This document shows, in pieces, positions 8,324 through 17,960 of a stretch of 64,000 nucleotides of DNA. Position 1 is the first letter of the stretch; the number at the start of each line of letters is the position of its first letter. Made by a program: the position numbers and the translations under genes. The DNA is from Candidatus Thorarchaeota archaeon (GTDB lineage: Archaea; Asgardarchaeota; Thorarchaeia; Thorarchaeales; Thorarchaeaceae). The notes under the pieces were generated by a model that was not told where the DNA came from, searched no databases, and was given only the letters and a program-made list of their open reading frames with translations. The stretch is from the NCBI GenBank assembly GCA_048884785.1, contig JBHLQM010000009.1, forward strand, positions 6,279 through 70,278, written 5' to 3'.

Positions 8324-10057
8324 TTACAGTTTGTGAGTCTTTTTCCAAGAGCGAATTATATCATGAATTGCCATTTCATCAATGCGTCCATGTGGAGATA
8401 GTCTCTCAATCAGACGTCTTGGTGGTTCAAGTTCTTCGAGATCAAAGCCCTCTTGAATCTTGAAGCGCATTCGAAGATGAAATACATCTTCTCCAATTCG
8501 ATTGAGTTCTTCAGCAGTCCTTTCCTCTCCAAGTGCCTTGAGTGAGCTAAGCACTACATCCGGAGTGAACACTGGACGCGCAAACAAGCAGATGATTAGA
8601 GAATTAAGAACAGTGCGCCATGTGTCTTCTTTCGCGATTTCCTTTCCAATTTGCTCGTTTGTCATCGCTCCTGCAAAAGCCTTCTCATCGATACTGTATC
8701 CTGCATTATCCAGATGACTATGACGTATTCCAACCATCTGTCCCACAATATTGGCAGGACCTGTATGATATCCTGAAGCTTCATTGTTGGAAAAGTGAAC
8801 TGCAAATTCACTCCCGCCGTACCTAGAAGAGAGTGCACTCACTCCCATTCCAGCAAGTCGATAGAATTCGTTAGGTGGTACAGTAATCCTGTCTATCATC
8901 TTCAAATATGCTTCAACATTCCCCCAACGAGGCGAAAGGCCTGCAAGATCTTCTCCTGTTACTAGGCCTTTGTTGTATGCCTCAGTAATCCATCCTAGCA
9001 CAACGCCTGCACTCATTGCATCAAGACCACGAAGGTCAGCTCTTTCAATGAGCTGAAGCACATCTGAGGTGGAGCCAATACCAAGATTAGAGCCAAAGGC
9101 AAAGATCAGCTCATAATCATAGGGAACATACACAGTACCATAATCGCGATGTTCAGGATTAAACTGAACTCGTAGTTCTCCTATATGGATACAACCTATA
9201 GGACATGGAACACACGAGCTCTTGCCTACAAGAGTGTCGTCTGCAAATCTCTCGCCCGATATTCCTTCAGCTCCTTCAAATGAGAACGAACTGAAATTCC
9301 GAGTCGGAAGTGCCTGAATCTCGTTGAGATGGAGTACATTCTTTGATGTCCCGAGTATGTCATACTTGTCCATTCGCCCCGTTCGAAGAACCAAATCGTG
9401 CACCTTCTTGTACTCCTCACGGTATTCCTTGATCGATGGCACTTTGTAATTGTGTGTACCTGTAATTACCATCCCTTTCAGTTTCTTTGATCCCATCACA
9501 CAGCCTAGACCTAGCCTGCCGAAATGCCGTACTGTGTCAACTACAGCCATGGCATACCTCACTTGGTTTTCGCCAGCAACGCCTATTCTGAGAATAGAAC
9601 GTCTTCCTTCTCCTGGTGCCTTTTCCTTGAGTATACGGCCGGTCGCTCTAGTAGATAATCCCCACAGTGCATGGGCATTTCTAAACTCAACACTGTTATC
9701 CTGAATCAGCAGATAGTGCGGGCGGTCAAGCTTTCCAGTTATTAGGATGACATCATGTCCTGCCAATCTCATGGCTATGCTCATCTTGCCACCAGCATAG
9801 CTTTCACCCAGGTTGCCAGTTAGAGGTGACTTGAATAGTGCGACGGTCTTTGCGCAGCATGGGTAGAACATATTCAAAGGTCCAGTGGCAAAGATGATTG
9901 GAGCATCCTCATAGGGTGTGTCGGGAGGACAATTATCCAGTAGAAGTTGAGAAGCAACCCCAACGCCGCCAATATACTTCTCGAAGAGGTCTTTCCGTTC
10001 TATTGTTTCAGTGGTCTTTGCAGATAGATCAATGTGGAGAACCTGTCCTTGTATCAA
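8324..10057 (-). CDS. aor: aldehyde:ferredoxin oxidoreductase family (tungstopterin enzyme)
   Basis: N-terminal LHIDLS....E, GG.G.A..LL, ATGPL, SPLTG and ESYAGG motifs. Start assigned to a TTG preceded by GGAGGAGGTG that overlaps the ferredoxin stop (TTGA), rather than the ATG at 10126. Confidence 0.8.
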   Translation of the reverse strand: MIQGQVLHIDLSAKTTETIERKDLFEKYIGGVGVASQLLLDNCPPDTPYEDAPIIFATGPLNMFYPCCAKTVALFKSPLTGNLGESYAGGKMSIAMRLAGHDVILITGKLDRPHYLLIQDNSVEFRNAHALWGLSTRATGRILKEKAPGEGRRSILRIGVAGENQVRYAMAVVDTVRHFGRLGLGCVMGSKKLKGMVITGTHNYKVPSIKEYREEYKKVHDLVLRTGRMDKYDILGTSKNVLHLNEIQALPTRNFSSFSFEGAEGISGERFADDTLVGKSSCVPCPIGCIHIGELRVQFNPEHRDYGTVYVPYDYELIFAFGSNLGIGSTSDVLQLIERADLRGLDAMSAGVVLGWITEAYNKGLVTGEDLAGLSPRWGNVEAYLKMIDRITVPPNEFYRLAGMGVSALSSRYGGSEFAVHFSNNEASGYHTGPANIVGQMVGIRHSHLDNAGYSIDEKAFAGAMTNEQIGKEIAKEDTWRTVLNSLIICLFARPVFTPDVVLSSLKALGEERTAEELNRIGEDVFHLRMRFKIQEGFDLEELEPPRRLIERLSPHGRIDEMAIHDIIRSWKKTHKL

Positions 10058-10473
10058 ATCCCCACCTCCTCCTTGATCAAAATGTTGTGAGGACACCACT
10101 CTACACACTCCCCGCAATGAACACACACAACTGCTTTTTCACGGGCTGAATCAATGAAGATAGCAGTGAGAGGACAGGCTTCAGCACAATCACCACAGCC
10201 AATACATTTGGTCTGGCTGATTGTAATGCCGCCACCGCGCCTGTGTTTCATGGCATCATACTCGCATGCCTCAAGACATACAGGTTCTTCACATGCGCGG
10301 CACATAATAACAACGAAGTTGCCACCTGAGCCTCCTGCAGTGGGTGGAGGAGTTGACTTTATCCTGAGTGCTGCATGCCCTAGGTCAACGTGCCCCGTTC
10401 TTCGACTGCACGCAAAAACACAGGAAAAGCATGAGATACAGCGTTCCACATTCACAGGTTTCACAATGAACAT
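10054..10473 (-). CDS. 4Fe-4S ferredoxin-domain protein (AOR-associated)
   Basis: Four Cys clusters: CISCFSCVFAC, CRACEEPVCLEAC, CIGCGDCAEACP and CVHCGECVEWCP. Confidence 0.8.
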   Translation of the reverse strand: MFIVKPVNVERCISCFSCVFACSRRTGHVDLGHAALRIKSTPPPTAGGSGGNFVVIMCRACEEPVCLEACEYDAMKHRRGGGITISQTKCIGCGDCAEACPLTAIFIDSAREKAVVCVHCGECVEWCPHNILIKEEVGI

Positions 10474-10660
10474 CTTTGCAGTCCTCCCTTTCCATTAGTC
10501 AAATCATACCTATCAAAGTTATGTGAAAAAGTACAGCGCGAAGGTGAACTCACCAACAAGCCTTTGACAACTCTTATGTTCTACAAGTAGTCACAATTGA
10601 GGTCCCTAAAATGTGACTCCGAATTATAAGCTGTGGTCATCCCGAAAGCCCGAGTGAAAC

Positions 10661-11554
10661 ATGACTAGCGGGATTCGATTTGGAGTTATAGTACTGCAGG
10701 ATATGCCATGGAGCGAATTGCTACAACTCTGGCGGAAATTCGACGAGCTTGGTTTTGACAGTACTTGGGTTGCCGATCACTTTGTGAATTATGCTAATCC
10801 AACAAGTCCATGGTTTGAAGGTTGGACTGCATTGGCTGGTCTTGCAAGTGTAACATCAAATATCCGAATTGGCACTCTGGTGACATCAATTCCCCTACGG
10901 AATCCGGCGTTTCTGGCACGTCAGGCATTGACTGTCGATCACATTTCTGGTGGGCGTCTAGAGCTGGGTATTGGAGCAGGAGCTCCTGGCGAAATCGATC
11001 CCACCTATCGTATGACTGGCATCGATGATTGGCCACCGGATGAACGCATACGGCGTCTGCGCGAACAGGTTGAAATTATTGACAAACTTCTTACTACTAC
11101 CACTACAAGCTATAATGGAGAGTTCTACAGTCTGGAAGAGGCTATCATGAACCCTAGGCCTGTTCAAACGCCTCGACCACCTCTGGCTATCGCAGCCCAC
11201 GTAAAGGGTTCGTTGAGAATTGTGGCCGAATTCGCAGACACATGGGTTTCATATGGTGCTAACTTTGGTGCCCCTGTAGACATCGTACTTGAAAAGACCA
11301 TAAAACGGAGTGAACTACTAGAGAAGTACTCTGAGGATATAGGTCGCGATCCAGCATCCATACGGCGCTTGTTACTTATCTTTGGGCAAGAGGCCAACAC
11401 TGCCTTTGCATCTGAGAAACACTTTACCGAGATAGTTGAAAGATATACTGCCATTGGAATTACTGACTTGGTGTTTTTCTATCCGTTCTTTGCACCTGAA
11501 CAGATTCCTATATTTGAAAAAATAGCCAGAGATACTATACCATCTCTTAGGTAA
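10661..11554 (+). CDS. luciferase-like monooxygenase (LLM) family oxidoreductase
   Basis: FGV.......w.el...w...delGFDS.WvaDHF N-terminus, and GGRLELGIGAG. Confidence 0.65.
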   Translation: MTSGIRFGVIVLQDMPWSELLQLWRKFDELGFDSTWVADHFVNYANPTSPWFEGWTALAGLASVTSNIRIGTLVTSIPLRNPAFLARQALTVDHISGGRLELGIGAGAPGEIDPTYRMTGIDDWPPDERIRRLREQVEIIDKLLTTTTTSYNGEFYSLEEAIMNPRPVQTPRPPLAIAAHVKGSLRIVAEFADTWVSYGANFGAPVDIVLEKTIKRSELLEKYSEDIGRDPASIRRLLLIFGQEANTAFASEKHFTEIVERYTAIGITDLVFFYPFFAPEQIPIFEKIARDTIPSLR

Positions 11555-11610
11555 AAGTGATCAAATGCAAAAATCAGGTATAAATCACATCAAGCAGTGA
11601 TGCGCTTTCT

Positions 11611-11805
11611 CTATCCACGAACACGGATACCATGTACCTTTTTGTGTGCCCAAGCATACTGCCTAAGTTTGCTTGAAACCCCAAAACCGCATGCTGCGCA
11701 TCTCTTGTGTCTTACATGATATGACCTTCGGCCACAGCGTCTGCATCTAATGTGATGTGGATTGTTTTTCTTTCCTTTTGATGGAGTTCCTTTTCCCATT
11801 GGCAC
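11611..11805 (-). CDS. rpl37e: 50S ribosomal protein L37e
   Basis: [21 protein letters not shown]....CAACGF zinc ribbon. Located 6 nt downstream of the Sm gene, a conserved archaeal pairing. Confidence 0.9.
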   Translation of the reverse strand: MPMGKGTPSKGKKNNPHHIRCRRCGRRSYHVRHKRCAACGFGVSSKLRQYAWAHKKVHGIRVRG

Positions 11806-11811
11806 ACACTC

Positions 11812-12084
11812 CTATTTCTTCTTGGAGGATTTCGGAGGAGGGCTGACAATGACAACATTATCGCCTCTAACTATTATTGTTGCAACAGACTCAACATGTT
11901 CCTCGTTCGTTTCAGGATCGACATAGATTTCGTCTGCATCTTCAATAATGAGATTCAGGTGCTGATCGAATCCTCGTAGTCTGCCCTTGATTTTTCTTCG
12001 CCCCTTCAGTTCAACGAGTATATGTCCTCCAATTGACTTCTGAAGGAGTTCCATGGGTCTACCTGCGTTCACTAACATCACCAA
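11812..12084 (-). CDS. Sm-like (LSm/SmAP) RNA-binding protein
   Basis: Sm1/Sm2 motifs: ILVELKGRRKIKGRLRGFDQHLNLIIEDA ... IIVRGDNVVIVSP. The true start may be the internal MELLQ. Confidence 0.85.
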   Translation of the reverse strand: MVMLVNAGRPMELLQKSIGGHILVELKGRRKIKGRLRGFDQHLNLIIEDADEIYVDPETNEEHVESVATIIVRGDNVVIVSPPPKSSKKK

Positions 12085-12221
12085 AGAATCTCGTCTAGGG
12101 CTCCGGAGCCCACGACATTCGCGCTAATTTTCGGCCTCCACTTAAAAAGATGACGATGAAACCTTAAATGAAAAACATCCTTTCGGAGCCTTCAAAAAGC
12201 TGAAGATTCATTATTCTATTA

Positions 12222-12728
12222 ATGCCAAAGATTGAGAAAATAAAGAAGCGTCACTTTCTGAAAAAGAAAGAACAGAAAGCGGAGATTATCCGTATTGAGA
12301 ATGAACTGGGAACATGCGTCAGCAAATTGGATGAAAAGGACCAATTCGAAACAGGCATTCTTGATGATGGCACTAAGGTTTTGATGCTCAAAAATGAAAT
12401 TCTATTTTTTGAAAAAGCTGGGAAACTGTTTCCATCACTACATGCACTTCTGAAGGAGATTGTCGCCATTCCTAGAATTTCGGTTGATATGGGTGCGATT
12501 CGGTTCGTAGTGAATGGTGCGGATATTATGCGGCCTGGAGTAGTCAGTATCGACGATGATATCTCAGCAGATTCAGTTGTTGCCATTGTCGATGAGCGTC
12601 ATGGGAAACCTTTAGCGGTAGGCCAAGCCCTGATGGATTCGGCTAGCATGAGAAACGCCGAAAAGGGAAAAATTGTGAAGTCAATTCATCATGTTAATGA
12701 CTACCTATGGGATTTTACTAAGAGTTGA
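12222..12728 (+). CDS. PUA-domain RNA-binding protein (MCT-1/Tma20-like)
   Basis: C-terminal PUA signature: VDMGAIRFVVNGADIMRPGV ... VVAIVDERHGKPLAVGQALM. Confidence 0.65.
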   Translation: MPKIEKIKKRHFLKKKEQKAEIIRIENELGTCVSKLDEKDQFETGILDDGTKVLMLKNEILFFEKAGKLFPSLHALLKEIVAIPRISVDMGAIRFVVNGADIMRPGVVSIDDDISADSVVAIVDERHGKPLAVGQALMDSASMRNAEKGKIVKSIHHVNDYLWDFTKS

Positions 12729-12733
12729 GAATG

Positions 12734-15427
12734 CTACTCAGGCTCTTCCAATCTCGCTCTTACATGTGCCAATGCTGCCTTGTAGACCTCCTTGGCGTAG
12801 CTCTGATCTAACCCTGAGTTGCGAGCAAACCTATCACGAACGAGCCCCTTCTTCTCCGGATCCCTATCCTTTCTTAATATGTCAGAGATTGATTTGTATC
12901 CCCGATCAAATAGCGCCCTAGCCATACCTCTTGATATTGGAATATATTCATTGTCTACTTGAGGTATCTTAAGTTCCAATAAGTCGGATTTGGCTAAATC
13001 GGCTCTAACCCCATAGAGAAGCTGCCTACTAAGAATGTCAAATCTATTCGCAATCGCTTTCTTCTTCAGTTGATTAAAGTACTGACTGAGATCTTCTGCC
13101 AGACCTCCACAAATCTTGATGAGGGAATCAAAATCGCCTTCATCCATATCCAACCCTCCAGCATTTCTTCCATCGATGATAATATTTCTTCCAACCTCAT
13201 TGGCTGCGACTATGACATCAGTCGCGTTCAATTCAGATATCCATTTGATAATTGCTTCTTTCTTCACACGATTGCGACCCTTAGTTAGTTCATCATACCA
13301 ATTACTTGGTTTTTCTAATCCAGCTGCAGCAAGCTCAATAGAAGTAGGATAAGATGTTCGAGGTCTGACTATCTGAGGTAGACCAAAAGAGAGTATGATG
13401 TCTACCAATTCATCATCACTGACATCAACCTGCAATCTATCAAGAACATGTTGAATCTCTAGATATCTGATGATATCCAATCCGGCTTTTGTTGCTGCTG
13501 AAACTTCCTTGGTCAGTTTGAAACCCTCATCAACTGGCTGAAGCGCTCTTTTCTGAACTAGCCACGCGAATAAAGTGGAAAACATCCTTCCAACAAAAAC
13601 CTGGTAATCATCATGCTGTATGGATCGGAAGCATTCCTTTGCAAATTGAAATATCGATGTTTCCAACTTCTCCCGTGTGAATTTTCTACCGGATACTATC
13701 TCTCTCGTCATTATATTCGCTAAAATCGATGGAAAAACGGGTCCAGGGCTGATGGGTTCAAGTGGTTTATGAAGGAGGGTTTCTTCAAGTGATACTGCAT
13801 CTTGAAATCTCCTTGATGGTTCTTCAAATACAAGATATACACTCCCTCCATGCTCAGCAAGATGATACTCGCCAATCCTACCCGCCACCTGAAGATACCG
13901 AGAGCGTGCTGCGAGGTAATCCATTATTCGGTCAAAGAGAATAACGACACTATCAAATGGGAAGCTAATTCCAGCTGTTATTCCAGTCGTCGATACTACT
14001 GTTCTGATTGCACCAATCTTTATTTTCTCCTCCAGGCGTCTTCTAACCTCTGGACTAAGACCTGCATGATGGAAAGCTATGCCCTGTTTTAACAATTGAT
14101 AGAGTCTGCTTGCAACCGGCAAATTTGCATCGGGTCCAACTATGAAATCAGAGAGACTTTCATCAACAGGTCTAGGCCAGTGACGTGAGATAACTCCTGC
14201 AAGCCATTCTGCCTGGTTTCTTGATGATGCAACAAAGAGTATTGATTTCTGATTGTAATTTCCTACATGTTCAATTATAGACTCAAGTAAGTACTCTCTC
14301 TTCATGAGCACGTTTTGTGTGCCGTCGCTGCTATAGATCCTGATTCCCTTTTCATCCTTAATAGCTATGAATTCATCCGGTGTCAGTCGAACGTTGGGTC
14401 TGAAGATTTTGGCATCAAGCCACAGTGCCACATCTTCAGTATCGCCAAACCTCGATGAGAGTGTAATGATTTGAGACCCCCTCTTCAGCAGAGTAACAAG
14501 ACAATCAAGTTTTGCACTTCTGTCAGTTCCCAGATTCCCTGCATCAATCTCCCCTATTGGAGAATCAAGTTCTGATAGTTCGTCTACTACAGTGAGTCCA
14601 ATCTTTTCAGTCCATGCATCACGCTGAAGGATGTCAGAGAGTACGGACTCATATACGCCTACAATAAGGTCAGCAGCTTCCAATGCATCTTGTTTCACGA
14701 TCTGTGATCCATCATGACGTTGAATAGAATAGCCCAGTTCTTCAAGGAGTTCTCCATATTCATTGATGACTTGGGTGATGATTGAGAGGTAGGGGCTTAG
14801 ATACAGACATTTGATACCTTTTTGGAGTTTCATAAGAACAGCAATCATGGCAAGGAAAGTCTTTCCGGAACCAGGGGGCATTTGTATCAGAATATTGCCA
14901 TCGAAGTCTCTAACCTCATTTAGAAACTTCTCTTGAGCGGGTAGTAGTCTTACAAAATTCTTGTGTCGTAGGAGGATCTTGGCTGTTCTGTAGGCCTCAG
15001 TGTCTCTGGAAGAAGGCCCCAACATGCTCCCCAGAGCTGACAATGCTAGCCTTCCTTCATGGGTTATCATGAATGTTCTCTGTTTCTTTCCCTTAGTTCC
15101 TAATGCTTGAACATATCCTGCTTTGACTAGCTTGTTCATACTTTCATACAATGTTCCGCCAGCAGCGAACTTTTTCTTTCGTTCCTCATATTTGACCAGA
15201 ACTCCCGATCTTATGCCATTAGGACTTGCATCTGGTTTAGGAAATCCCATCAGTTCGAGCAGACCTTCAACAATCTCATCCCATCCCACATTCTGAATGA
15301 TATCGCCCTTTTCCGGATTTAGTACTTGAAGAATCTCGATTGCATATCGATTCCCAAGCGACCGCAGTCGAGTACGCATCGCATCAAGTTCGCGATCTCT
15401 CTGGTCAATCTCTCCCATGAATTCCAC
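12734..15427 (-). CDS. Hel308/Ski2-like superfamily-2 helicase with an N-terminal winged-helix extension
   Basis: Walker A MPPGSGKT (14858-14881), motif II VVDELSEL, motif VI-like YLQVAGRIGE, FHHAGL. About 170-aa wHTH-like N-terminus and an HhH-like C-terminus. Confidence 0.7.
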   Translation of the reverse strand: MEFMGEIDQRDRELDAMRTRLRSLGNRYAIEILQVLNPEKGDIIQNVGWDEIVEGLLELMGFPKPDASPNGIRSGVLVKYEERKKKFAAGGTLYESMNKLVKAGYVQALGTKGKKQRTFMITHEGRLALSALGSMLGPSSRDTEAYRTAKILLRHKNFVRLLPAQEKFLNEVRDFDGNILIQMPPGSGKTFLAMIAVLMKLQKGIKCLYLSPYLSIITQVINEYGELLEELGYSIQRHDGSQIVKQDALEAADLIVGVYESVLSDILQRDAWTEKIGLTVVDELSELDSPIGEIDAGNLGTDRSAKLDCLVTLLKRGSQIITLSSRFGDTEDVALWLDAKIFRPNVRLTPDEFIAIKDEKGIRIYSSDGTQNVLMKREYLLESIIEHVGNYNQKSILFVASSRNQAEWLAGVISRHWPRPVDESLSDFIVGPDANLPVASRLYQLLKQGIAFHHAGLSPEVRRRLEEKIKIGAIRTVVSTTGITAGISFPFDSVVILFDRIMDYLAARSRYLQVAGRIGEYHLAEHGGSVYLVFEEPSRRFQDAVSLEETLLHKPLEPISPGPVFPSILANIMTREIVSGRKFTREKLETSIFQFAKECFRSIQHDDYQVFVGRMFSTLFAWLVQKRALQPVDEGFKLTKEVSAATKAGLDIIRYLEIQHVLDRLQVDVSDDELVDIILSFGLPQIVRPRTSYPTSIELAAAGLEKPSNWYDELTKGRNRVKKEAIIKWISELNATDVIVAANEVGRNIIIDGRNAGGLDMDEGDFDSLIKICGGLAEDLSQYFNQLKKKAIANRFDILSRQLLYGVRADLAKSDLLELKIPQVDNEYIPISRGMARALFDRGYKSISDILRKDRDPEKKGLVRDRFARNSGLDQSYAKEVYKAALAHVRARLEEPE

Positions 15428-15532
15428 TCACAATTACCGAGTAATAAGAGCTAAAATCTGTTTCGAGACGCCTTCAAGATAATACTCGCTCTTTTCTTCA
15501 AAGAAGTTGGCTACATAATCAATTAGAGGTGA

Positions 15533-15937
15533 ATGCCAGTGCGATTCCTGTTCAGACGTCGAGGCGAAGATGACAACAATCCTTTGAAGAATGCTTCAGG
15601 TCACTCAAGCCTAGGAATTTTCTCCCCCATGAGCGAACAGCAGGTACAACCAGATCCTCTTCATGAATGCAAACGGCTCGCTGAACTTGAAGAGATATTC
15701 GTCAGGTCTAAGAGTCTTGTTTCCCTTGATGATGTCCCATTTGTTGTAGATCAGATACGTAATGGCAATATAGTCCTGCTTGATATATCACGGCTAAATG
15801 ATGGACGTGAACAGACCCATCTTGAACTAAAGCGCATAATTGAGCGAATTCGAGGAGAAACTCGAGGGTACAGAGCGGACATTGCCCTTGTGAATGAAAG
15901 CTGCGTTATCGTCACTCCACAATTTGTCAGGTTTTAG
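15533..15937 (+). CDS. sepF: cell division protein SepF-like
   Basis: The C-terminal about 80 aa (SLDDVPFVVDQIRNGNIVLLDISRL ... RIRGETRGYRADIALVNESCVIVTPQFV) follow the SepF/DUF552 pattern. Confidence 0.55.
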   Translation: MPVRFLFRRRGEDDNNPLKNASGHSSLGIFSPMSEQQVQPDPLHECKRLAELEEIFVRSKSLVSLDDVPFVVDQIRNGNIVLLDISRLNDGREQTHLELKRIIERIRGETRGYRADIALVNESCVIVTPQFVRF

Positions 15938-15940
15938 GAT

Positions 15941-17851
15941 CTACTTGAGCTTAATTGATTCGGTCACATATAGCGCCTTTGTGTCTATGTTCATCGATTT
16001 ATGAATTGTTGATGCTAGATTTACACACTTTGATGCCTCTCCATGACATGTGAGAATCTTTTCAGGAATTGGACTGACTCGTTTGATGAAGTTGAGAATC
16101 TGTTTTCTATCTGAGTGTCCTGAGAACCCCTCAACAGTTTCCACTTGCAGATTTACTGGAACAACTTGGGTGTTTCCATCCTTGTTTCGCATCTGCACTT
16201 CTTTCCATCCTTTCTGAATTCTTCTACCGAGTGTGCCTTCGCCCTGGTATGAAACAAAAGCGACCATATTCTTCGCATCAGGAGCAAGGTATCTGAAATA
16301 CTCAACACTAGGACCACCGGCAAGCATACCTGAAGTTGCCATTATTATGCAGGGCTCACCTTCAACAATCTCCTCCCGCTGCTCATGACTATCAACCTGA
16401 ACGAAAATCTCATTGAGAAACGGGTTAATTCCTTGGTGAAATATCATCTCTCTAATCTTCTTGCTTAGGGCTTCGGGATGTGTTGTGTGAATTGCAGTTG
16501 CTTGAGCAATCATTCCTTCGAGATATACCGGTATTTTTGGTATTCGTCCCTTAGTAACTAGGTCTTCAATGACCAGCATTATCTCTTGAGCTCGTCCCAC
16601 TGCAAGAACCGGAATCAGTACTTTGCCACCTCTTTCTATGGTTTTTCGAATGATTGAAGCGAATTTTTTCTCAACATCTTGCCTGGGTGGCATCTTATCT
16701 GTGGGGTGACCATAGGTGCTCTCTACAACAAGTGTTTCTAATCGTGGGAAAGTGAATGTTGCAGGCTCTAGAAGCCTGGTCCTTCCAAACTTGAAATCGC
16801 CTGTGTAGGCGAGATTGTATTGCCCATCTCCTATGTGAAGATGTATTATCGCAGAACCCAGAATATGTCCTGCATTATGCAGAGTCAAACGAACATCGGG
16901 TGCAATATCAGTCACTTCACCGTAGTTCAGAGTTATAGTGTGCAAAATTGTCTCCTTTACATCTCTGTCTCTGTAAGGCCGCAGCTTGCCTTCACGCTCC
17001 GCGACATCAAGATAATCAAGTTGTAGCAATGTTGCTAGATTAAGAGTCGGGGCAGTCATATATACAGGGCCTCTATAGCCATACTTGTACAAGAAGGGAA
17101 CCATGCCGCAATGATCGAGATGGGCATGCGAAATAATGACTGCATCAAGTTCTTCGATGTTGAATTCAGGCATATCTAATCTGGGAAACGCCTTACTTGG
17201 AGTTCCTACATTTACACCACAATCAATGAGAATATTTGATTCAGGTGTTTGTATGAACATAGATTGTCTGCCAACTTCTCTAAACCCTCCCAAAGCAGTC
17301 AATCTGATCCAGCTAGTTTCACCCAGCGGTGCTCTATGAATTCTCTTACCAATCTCTCTAAATGCCTTATTTCTACGAGAGGCTTCAGATTGGATGATAT
17401 ACCGTATTTGTTTAATTAGCTTGCTTTCAATTGGAGGAGTTCGCATGACATTTGGTCGCCAGAAGGTTTGGCGAGTTATCTCCCTAAGTGTAGTGCCACT
17501 TCGCCCTATTACGAGGCCTGGTTTTTGTGCCTCAATAATTACCTCCCCTCTTGAATCATCAAAATCAACAGTGCTTATTTCTGCCTCTTCTGGAATGAGT
17601 TCACGCACAACTCTTTCTGCCTCTTCGGGTGGAAGCCGAACCTCTGGGGCTGACCTTACAACAATTCGTTTTCGCATTTTTCTTGCTAGTGCCTTGATTT
17701 TGTCTCCGTCATCCAGCAGTATCTTCGGTGCCTTAGAATAGATTGCTATCTCAGGGCCTTCATACTCCACTGTGCTTATCGCTGCTGAACGGGGCAAGGC
17801 TTTCTTCACTGCCTCGCGAATATCAATTATTTCATTCTCATCAGAAGTCAT
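15941..17851 (-). CDS. aCPSF1/FttA: KH-domain beta-CASP metallo-beta-lactamase ribonuclease
   Basis: 636 aa. N-terminal KH region (VIGRSGTTLREI), HAHLDHCG, beta-CASP and C-terminal H motifs. Confidence 0.9.
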   Translation of the reverse strand: MTSDENEIIDIREAVKKALPRSAAISTVEYEGPEIAIYSKAPKILLDDGDKIKALARKMRKRIVVRSAPEVRLPPEEAERVVRELIPEEAEISTVDFDDSRGEVIIEAQKPGLVIGRSGTTLREITRQTFWRPNVMRTPPIESKLIKQIRYIIQSEASRRNKAFREIGKRIHRAPLGETSWIRLTALGGFREVGRQSMFIQTPESNILIDCGVNVGTPSKAFPRLDMPEFNIEELDAVIISHAHLDHCGMVPFLYKYGYRGPVYMTAPTLNLATLLQLDYLDVAEREGKLRPYRDRDVKETILHTITLNYGEVTDIAPDVRLTLHNAGHILGSAIIHLHIGDGQYNLAYTGDFKFGRTRLLEPATFTFPRLETLVVESTYGHPTDKMPPRQDVEKKFASIIRKTIERGGKVLIPVLAVGRAQEIMLVIEDLVTKGRIPKIPVYLEGMIAQATAIHTTHPEALSKKIREMIFHQGINPFLNEIFVQVDSHEQREEIVEGEPCIIMATSGMLAGGPSVEYFRYLAPDAKNMVAFVSYQGEGTLGRRIQKGWKEVQMRNKDGNTQVVPVNLQVETVEGFSGHSDRKQILNFIKRVSPIPEKILTCHGEASKCVNLASTIHKSMNIDTKALYVTESIKLK

Positions 17852-17960
17852 GTATTGTCACTTCTCTTTTACAAACCTATAGCTACGACTAATAGCCCTC
17901 TGCCAGCATGAACCACCTCGGTTCAATCCGAATGAGGTCAAATGACTAACAAATCAGGAA

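Noticed and set aside
10058-10126. ATG-initiated N-terminal extension of the AOR ORF (MCSLRGVCRVVSSQHFDQGGGGD)
   Set aside because: It lies inside the ferredoxin coding sequence. A TTG with a strong Shine-Dalgarno sequence at the ferredoxin stop gives a canonical AOR N-terminus.
12150-12203. Possible C/D-box sRNA (ATGACGA ... CTGA, 43-nt spacing) upstream of the PUA gene
   Set aside because: The C box is imperfect, the internal boxes are not recognisable, and the region overlaps the likely promoter/5' UTR of the 12222 gene.
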